Assembly (NCBI GenBank): GCA_965231095.1 | Contig: OZ246416.1 | Span: forward strand, 343,277-407,276 | Direction: 5' to 3' | DNA length: 64,000 bases | Source: an uncultured Gammaproteobacteria bacterium | GTDB taxonomy: Bacteria; Patescibacteriota; Patescibacteriia; XYB2-FULL-38-15 | Shown: one piece after another, positions 58,834 to 64,000 of the stretch | Position numbering within the stretch: the first letter of the stretch is position 1 | Layout: every line of letters begins with the position of its first letter | Notes under the pieces: model-generated | Database searches by the model: none | The model's input: the letters and a program-made list of their open reading frames with translations, nothing else | What the model was told of the DNA's origin: nothing | Translations under genes and position numbers: made by a program

Positions 58834-58904
58834 AGCGGGTGAGAGGACTTGAACCTCCAACCTGCGGACTGAGATCCGCCGTTCAACCATTGAACTTCAC
58901 CCGC
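58834..58904 (-). tRNA. tRNA of uncertain identity (GCGGG acceptor, U73; anticodon arm gcgga-ucucag-uccgc has a non-canonical 6-nt loop)
   Basis: Hand-folded: acceptor gcgggtg/cacccgc, D arm gttc-aatggtt-gaac, T arm ggagg-ttcaagt-cctct. Confidence 0.55.
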
Positions 58905-58931
58905 TCACGACGAAAAGAACAACTTGAGTAG

Positions 58932-59005
58932 CGGGACTGGGAGGGATTGAACCTCCGACCTGCGGATATTGAAAATCCGCTGCTCTACCACTGAGCTACA
59001 GTCCT
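58932..59005 (-). tRNA. tRNA with anticodon UCA (Trp-like loop UUUCAAU, discriminator G): would decode UGA
   Basis: Hand-folded: acceptor gggactg/cagtccc, D arm gctc-agtggta-gagc, anticodon stem cggat/atccg, loop tttcaat (anticodon = plus 58970-58972 tga), T arm ggagg-ttcaatc-cctcc. Confidence 0.6.
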
Positions 59006-59192
59006 CACACGGCAGTTGCCTGCCGTGTCCGTCGGCAAAAAGCCGCCGGAAATTTAACACACTTTAGTATTTTTGTACTTTCTTTATACCAAACCTCAAA
59101 AAATTAGTCAAGCGATTACGCCATAAATAAAACCAGCCTCTCGGCTGGAATTTTTTCCAATTACTACTCACCATTTACCAATTACTCAATTT

Positions 59193-59918
59193 CTACTTCC
59201 CCTTCACCGCCGCACCCTCCCCCGCTCCCATTCTTTTTTTAAACATCTGTCTAAAGAAGATAACTACAAACGAAAAAAGTAAAGAAGTCAAAATGAAAAT
59301 TGATTTGGCCATCGGAAGAATCCATAAAATAAAAAAACATGCCGCCGGAAAAAATATCATGTAGGCCACTTCGGATTTTGTGAGCCCGCTTTCTTTACCG
59401 CGGTAGTCAATAAAAATTTCAAAAAATAAAATCACACCAACCAGGCCGCTCCAAAATAAATTTTTCACTTCTCCCAAGTCGGCTCCCCAAAAATTAGTAT
59501 TAATAAAATCCGGATGCGTCACCCAAGAATACAGGTCGCCAAGTTTTCCATTAATTCCGCCAATAAAAACTTGATACAAGAGAACCAAAGTCAAAGCCTG
59601 CACGCCAAGCACCATAACTTTCGCCCAGGGACTCACGCGGTGTTCGCGCATCACCTTGCGAATCATCTCTTTTTTCTGAATAGGATCATTTTTAAAATCC
59701 TCCCCGATTTTATCTATTTTTTGCCCAAGCCTTTCATACAAAATTTTGCTGCGCTCGGAGACAACAGTAAAGGGCAAAAGAACAATACGGATAAGAATTG
59801 TTAAATAAATAATCGCCACACCCAAATTTCCAAAAGCCGGAACGTTATAAAGCCAAATCAAAATATTCAAAAGAGGGGTGTAGAGAAAATCGTGCCAAAT
59901 GGTTGAAAACATAATCAA
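59193..59918 (-). CDS. yidC: YidC/Oxa1-family membrane protein insertase (short form)
   Basis: 241 aa; 5 TM; ...IIYLTILIRIVLLPFTV..., basic C-terminal tail. Confidence 0.75.
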   Translation of the reverse strand: MIMFSTIWHDFLYTPLLNILIWLYNVPAFGNLGVAIIYLTILIRIVLLPFTVVSERSKILYERLGQKIDKIGEDFKNDPIQKKEMIRKVMREHRVSPWAKVMVLGVQALTLVLLYQVFIGGINGKLGDLYSWVTHPDFINTNFWGADLGEVKNLFWSGLVGVILFFEIFIDYRGKESGLTKSEVAYMIFFPAACFFILWILPMAKSIFILTSLLFSFVVIFFRQMFKKRMGAGEGAAVKGK

Positions 59919-59955
59919 CTAACTTTTAACTTTTCACTTTAAACTTATAACTTTT

Positions 59956-60033
59956 TGGTAGCCCCATCGGGATTTAAACCCGAGTTTCCTCCGTGAGAGG
60001 GAGGCGTCCTAGATCAGGCTAGACGATGAGGCC
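59956..60033 (-). tRNA. tRNA-Glu (anticodon CUC), CCA encoded; acceptor stem with two G-U pairs and a D-loop lacking GG
   Basis: Hand-folded: anticodon arm cctcc-cuCUCac-ggagg, T arm tcggg-tttaaat-cccga, 3' tggggct-a-CCA; architecture parallels bacterial tRNA-Glu. Confidence 0.55.
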
Positions 60034-60111
60034 GTAACATTTCTAATCTAAACTGATTTTTAGTATATCAAAAAAAGAAAAATTTGTCGATAGAAAAAGG
60101 CTCTCAATCAA

Positions 60112-60262
60112 ATTGACCAAGAGCCGGGGTGACCCATATAGCAACATAGAGTTTGACTCTGTGTCACAGACATTGACTTATGCCTCGAGCACAAGCCTCC
60201 GTCGCCCGGCCCCGTCGGACCGGCATACCGCCCACGGGTCTGTTAGCGGCTCTTTATTTATA
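60112..60262. ncRNA. Candidate small structured RNA: GC-rich ~150-nt element closed by terminal helix aagagccg...cggctctt, followed by T-rich tract
   Basis: Terminal inverted repeat and internal GC helices read directly; no ORF; family not identified. Confidence 0.3.
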
Positions 60263-60339
60263 AAGCATAGTGGGAATTTTGTCAAGTATCAGCAAATACT
60301 TAAAAGCGAGTCTTGCGACTCGCCTTGATTTTAAAAATA

Positions 60340-61701
60340 TTAATTTCTCTTTCTCGCCCACTCCGGATCCTGGCGGACCAAAAGTTCCGCGGCCATAAGC
60401 GGCTCTGCCATCAACTCCTTCACCACTTTTTCCATCCTCATCCCCTGCGAACCTTTGACCAAAACCACATCGCCTTGTTTCATTTTTCCCTGGACAAAAA
60501 GCCCGGCTTCTTCTGGTGTCGGAAAGTTTGAAATTTTATCTTCACTCATCCCGGCCTCTTTGGCCGCCCGAGAAATATCACGCGACCGTTCGCCAACCGT
60601 CACCAAAAAATCAACGCCGCTTGCCGAGGCCGCCCGACCAACTTGTTTATGACCTTCTTCGCTGAAACTCCCAAGTTCCAACATATCTCCAAGCACCGCA
60701 AATTTTTTATCATCTTCTGCCGGCAATTTTATTGATTGCAAAACTCCGAGCGCCGCCTCAACCGGAATTGGCGAAGCGTTATATGTATCATCAATAATCA
60801 AAGTTCTCTTAATTCCGGGGATCAAATTCATGCGGCCTTTTGGCGCCGTGTATCTCTTTAAACTTTCCGCAACTTCAACAAGATTCATTCCATGAATTAT
60901 GCCAACCGCCGCGCCGGCCAACGCCGCGTAAATATGTTGTCGCCCCAAAACTCCGGAGAGAAAAATCGGAACCATGGCACCGGCATAACTCAATTTAAAA
61001 TTCATTCCTTTAATTTCCACTCCTTCGCCGATCACGCTTTCTTCCTGCGCCCGAACTTCGGCATCAACTCCAAAACCATAAGTTAAAACCTTGGCCCGCG
61101 TTTTATCACGCATCTCAAAAACTTTTTCATCGTCACGATTTAAGACGGCAAAACCGTCAGGTTTCAAATGGCTGACAATAATTCTTTTTTCCTTAATTAT
61201 TTTTTCCACACTTTCAAAAAATTCCAAATGCGCCGGGCCGATTCCTGTCACCACTCCGACCTTACAGGGCGCGAGCTCGGTCAAATATTTTATATCGCCC
61301 GGATGGTCGGCTCCCATTTCCAAAACTAAAATCTGCGGATAATTTTCGTCGCGGCCAATCCATAATTTTAATCCATGAAAAATTACCCCAAGCCATTTTA
61401 TAACTGATTTGCGCCCGGACGGAACTCCCAAAACCGAAAGCGGCAGCCCCAATTCATTATTATAATTTTTCAAATTCTGGCGCGCGCGAAATTTCGCAGA
61501 GAGCACGGCAAAAATCGCCTCTTTGGTTGAGGTCTTGCCCATACTGCCCGTAATGCCAATTACTTCCGGTTTATATTTTTTTAAAACTCTTCTGGCCAAA
61601 ACGTATAAAATTTTCTGAACTATTTTTTTCATAAATGAATTTATATGTAAACACAGATTAGCTCCTCGGCTCGGAAAAAATGTAAACATTTTTTCTCTCA
61701 C
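60340..61701 (-). CDS. murF: Mur ligase, MurF-like (UDP-MurNAc-peptide D-Ala-D-Ala adding enzyme); start ambiguous (GTG 61701 or ATG ~61632)
   Basis: P-loop GITGSMGKTSTKE and IIDDTYNASP motif; follows ftsI in dcw order. Confidence 0.8.
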   Translation of the reverse strand: MREKMFTFFPSRGANLCLHINSFMKKIVQKILYVLARRVLKKYKPEVIGITGSMGKTSTKEAIFAVLSAKFRARQNLKNYNNELGLPLSVLGVPSGRKSVIKWLGVIFHGLKLWIGRDENYPQILVLEMGADHPGDIKYLTELAPCKVGVVTGIGPAHLEFFESVEKIIKEKRIIVSHLKPDGFAVLNRDDEKVFEMRDKTRAKVLTYGFGVDAEVRAQEESVIGEGVEIKGMNFKLSYAGAMVPIFLSGVLGRQHIYAALAGAAVGIIHGMNLVEVAESLKRYTAPKGRMNLIPGIKRTLIIDDTYNASPIPVEAALGVLQSIKLPAEDDKKFAVLGDMLELGSFSEEGHKQVGRAASASGVDFLVTVGERSRDISRAAKEAGMSEDKISNFPTPEEAGLFVQGKMKQGDVVLVKGSQGMRMEKVVKELMAEPLMAAELLVRQDPEWARKRN

Positions 61702-61724
61702 CTTACGTCGCTAATAAATCAAAA

Positions 61725-63593
61725 TTACCTGCTTGGAGGCACTTTCAGATAGTTTAGCATAAATTTGGCAATTTCGCCAAATAGCGGCGCGGCGGTGGAT
61801 TCCGCCCAAATCGTAGAGCGAGGATGATCTATTTTTGTCAACATTACAAACCTCGGATCTTCCACCGGCGCAAAACCGACAAATGAACCAATCGTCGCGT
61901 CAGCCTCATAGCCGCCTCCTCCTTTTTTCGGAATCTGCGCCGTTCCGGTTTTCCCGGCGACATAATATCCCGAAACTCCGGCGCGCCGGCCATGCCCGTT
62001 TTCTACTACCGAAACTAACATCCCGCCCAAAAGCGTGGAAGTTCTCGGCACAATTACTTGCCGCAAAACTTTTGGCTCTGTTTTAATTACTTGTCCGTTT
62101 ATTTTTATAATTCTATCAACAATATGCGGCTCCATAAGTTTTCCGCCGTTCGCAATCGCCGAAAAAGCGGTGACAATCTGAATCGGCGTGACCGAAATTC
62201 CTTGACCGAACGACCCGGTCGCGCTCCAAATTTTTCCTTTTTTGCCCAAAGAACTGATGCTACCGGAATTTTCAAAATCCAGTTCAATCCCCGTCTCCGC
62301 CCCAAACCCAAAATCCTCCACGTATTTTTTAAAAATTTCCGGGCCGATTGTGTTCACCGCGTAAACCGCGCCGGTATTTAATGATTCATCCAAAACTTGC
62401 GTCATTGTTTGCACGCCGTGCGCTTTCAGATCGGAATTTTTAATCGTGCGGTCGTCAACTTTTATTTCTCCTTCATCAACATAAGTCGTAGTCGGAGTAA
62501 TTTTCCCGACATCCAGCGCCGCGGCAATGGTAATGGCTTTAAAAATTGATCCCGGCTCATACTGATAAAAAACCGCCGGATTATTGTAAATATTAATATC
62601 ATCCACTTTAGCATATTCGTTCGGATTAAAATCCGGATAAGAACACATCGCCAAAATCGCGCCGGTTTTTGGATCCATAATTATCACTGTCCCACCGTCC
62701 GCGTCATGGCGCTCCACCGCCTCTTTTAATTTTCCACAAGCAAAATATTCAATATTTCTGTCAATCGTAATCACAATATCCGCGCCGTCTTCCGCTTTCT
62801 GCCATTCTCGGCCGGAAATCGGAATCCACCGCCCGGCCACGTCTTTTTCCGAAGAAAGAAATCCCTGGACACCGCCAAGTTCTTTTTCAAAATATCCTTC
62901 AAGCCCGTACTGCCCGATTTTTTTATCATCTTTTATTCCAACAAATCCCAAAAGATGGCTGGCTAAACTATTTTCCGGATAATAGCGCGCTTCTTCTTCA
63001 ATAAAACCTATCCCCTCCGCTTTCAGTTCTCTAATTTTTTCGGCCGTCTCCTCGGCGATGCCGCGGCGCAACGGCTCATACGGATCATTTTCCTTTTTCA
63101 ATTTTGCCAAAAATTCTTCTTCTAAATTTTTTTTCTCAACAAATTCAATATCTTCAATTTCTTCCTCGCTTAACTCTTCTCCTTCTTTTTCTTCTCTTTT
63201 ATATAAAATTTCCGCGAGCTCTTCCGCCAACTTTTGGGCCCCCACAATTTTTCGCGGATCAACATAAACGAGATATAAAGATTGGTTCGTGGCCAGAGGA
63301 TATAATTTTTCACTGCCGCTATTCTCATCTGATCCGATTTCTTGCATCAAAATTCTTCCCCGCTCGGGAAAAATCTCTTTGTAAATTTCGTGCTGGCCGG
63401 CGGCAAGCGCCGAATAAAAATCATTATTTATAACTTGCAAACTAAAAAGGCGGAGAGCGATAATCCCCGCCAATAAAAAAATAATCACCCGCAGAAGGCG
63501 GAGGCGGCGATCCCCTTCGTTGATTTTTTCCCGAATTTTTTTTCTCTCTCTAAACTTCATCATAAACTTCCTTCTAAGGTAATTTCCATCCAA
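61725..63593 (-). CDS. ftsI: Penicillin-binding protein 2/3-type peptidoglycan D,D-transpeptidase (FtsI-like)
   Basis: 622 aa; N-terminal TM anchor; SxxK (GSIFK), SxN region, KTGT. Confidence 0.85.
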   Translation of the reverse strand: MDGNYLRRKFMMKFRERKKIREKINEGDRRLRLLRVIIFLLAGIIALRLFSLQVINNDFYSALAAGQHEIYKEIFPERGRILMQEIGSDENSGSEKLYPLATNQSLYLVYVDPRKIVGAQKLAEELAEILYKREEKEGEELSEEEIEDIEFVEKKNLEEEFLAKLKKENDPYEPLRRGIAEETAEKIRELKAEGIGFIEEEARYYPENSLASHLLGFVGIKDDKKIGQYGLEGYFEKELGGVQGFLSSEKDVAGRWIPISGREWQKAEDGADIVITIDRNIEYFACGKLKEAVERHDADGGTVIIMDPKTGAILAMCSYPDFNPNEYAKVDDINIYNNPAVFYQYEPGSIFKAITIAAALDVGKITPTTTYVDEGEIKVDDRTIKNSDLKAHGVQTMTQVLDESLNTGAVYAVNTIGPEIFKKYVEDFGFGAETGIELDFENSGSISSLGKKGKIWSATGSFGQGISVTPIQIVTAFSAIANGGKLMEPHIVDRIIKINGQVIKTEPKVLRQVIVPRTSTLLGGMLVSVVENGHGRRAGVSGYYVAGKTGTAQIPKKGGGGYEADATIGSFVGFAPVEDPRFVMLTKIDHPRSTIWAESTAAPLFGEIAKFMLNYLKVPPSR

Positions 63594-63889
63594 TCATTTT
63601 GCGCCTCATCCCACTTGTAAGCTTTAAATTTTTGGCTCTTTTCTGTTTCTGAATAAAGATATTCTACCGATGCCTGACTGCCCATTCTCTTTGACCCCAA
63701 GGTTTTTTTTCCGGTGACAACAGCCCTGGTCGTGCGCTCAATTTTCATTTTTCCAAGCGGCCCATTGAAAATCACAAACTCACGAAAACCGCGGCCAACT
63801 TCCTCGGGTAGATCTTCCTTTCCCTCTTCCAAAACCGGAAATTTATCTTTGAGCGTGGCGATTGTATCTAACCATCTTTCGTCGGTCAT
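63560..63889 (-). CDS. Hypothetical 109-aa protein at the FtsL position of the dcw cluster (no TM helix)
   Basis: Overlaps ftsI start by 34 nt; no recognisable motif. Confidence 0.4.
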   Translation of the reverse strand: MTDERWLDTIATLKDKFPVLEEGKEDLPEEVGRGFREFVIFNGPLGKMKIERTTRAVVTGKKTLGSKRMGSQASVEYLYSETEKSQKFKAYKWDEAQNDWMEITLEGSL

Positions 63890-63902
63890 ATGGGAAAATT
63901 AT

Positions 63903-64000
63903 TTTTTAAAATATTTTCTGCCTTTTAATTTTTCCGGAAAATAATCTTGATGGACGGGTTCTTTAAAATTTGGATTATATTTATATCCCTTTCCGTAACC
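63903..64000 (-). CDS. Partial CDS (C-terminal ~32 aa of an upstream minus-strand gene running off the window)
   Basis: Hand translation ...GYGKGYKYNPNFKEPVHQDYFPEKLKGRKYFKK* ending with TAA near 63903. Confidence 0.3.

Noticed and set aside
57926-58890. Multiple overlapping ORFs (up to 174 aa) on both strands in the GC-rich block
   Set aside because: All are Arg/Pro/Gly-rich and overlap each other and a tRNA. The region carries RNase P-like RNA motifs, so it is read as non-coding RNA.

Overview
This 64-kb window is low-GC (about 35-45% G+C by eye) and nearly all genes lie on the minus strand. The gene content fits a reduced-genome, CPR/Patescibacteria-like bacterium; that taxonomic placement is inference. 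Recognisable housekeeping genes in coordinate order are gatC-gatA, ligA, a complete type IV pilus locus (pilD, major pilin, pilC, pilB, pilM/N/O, several minor pilins, no secretin), rnhA, recJ, lepA, murJ, ackA plus a PduL-type phosphotransacylase, a PfkB sugar kinase, hpf, rsmE, a SpoU methyltransferase, rlmN, truB, a YhhQ queuosine-precursor transporter, dnaX, a VirD4/TraG-like P-loop ATPase, corA, cysS, a heat-shock cluster (dnaJ, dnaK, hsp20, grpE, hrcA with a CIRCE operator), an SPFH protein, a YidC insertase, and dcw genes (MurF-like ligase, FtsI/PBP). RNA genes called by hand are tRNA-Gln(CUG), tRNA-Glu(CUC), two further tRNAs, and a GC-rich RNase P-like RNA. The most unusual feature is five strongly G+C-rich single-gene cassettes (about 55-70% G+C by eye) at 21.6-22.7, 29.8-30.7, 37.3-37.8, 48.3-50.4 and 55.1-55.4 kb. 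Each sits in an intergenic gap of the AT-rich backbone, and each has a near-consensus host-type sigma70 promoter, a Shine-Dalgarno site and its own intrinsic terminator. One encodes a signal-peptide/LysM/transmembrane/coiled-coil protein ending in two eukaryote-like C2H2 zinc fingers. One is flanked by about 36-40 bp imperfect direct repeats. Three are on the otherwise nearly empty plus strand. Other oddities are a GIY-YIG nuclease gene sitting inside a split palindrome with an intact copy of the same palindrome right next to it; a tRNA whose anticodon reads UCA although UGA is used as a stop (recJ); a tRNA with a 6-nt anticodon loop; and several structured intergenic elements. No CRISPR array, rRNA, transposase or integrase was seen. 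CDS coordinates are taken from the supplied ORF track; hand-derived coordinates (RNAs, promoters, terminators, repeats) may be off by 1-2 nt.
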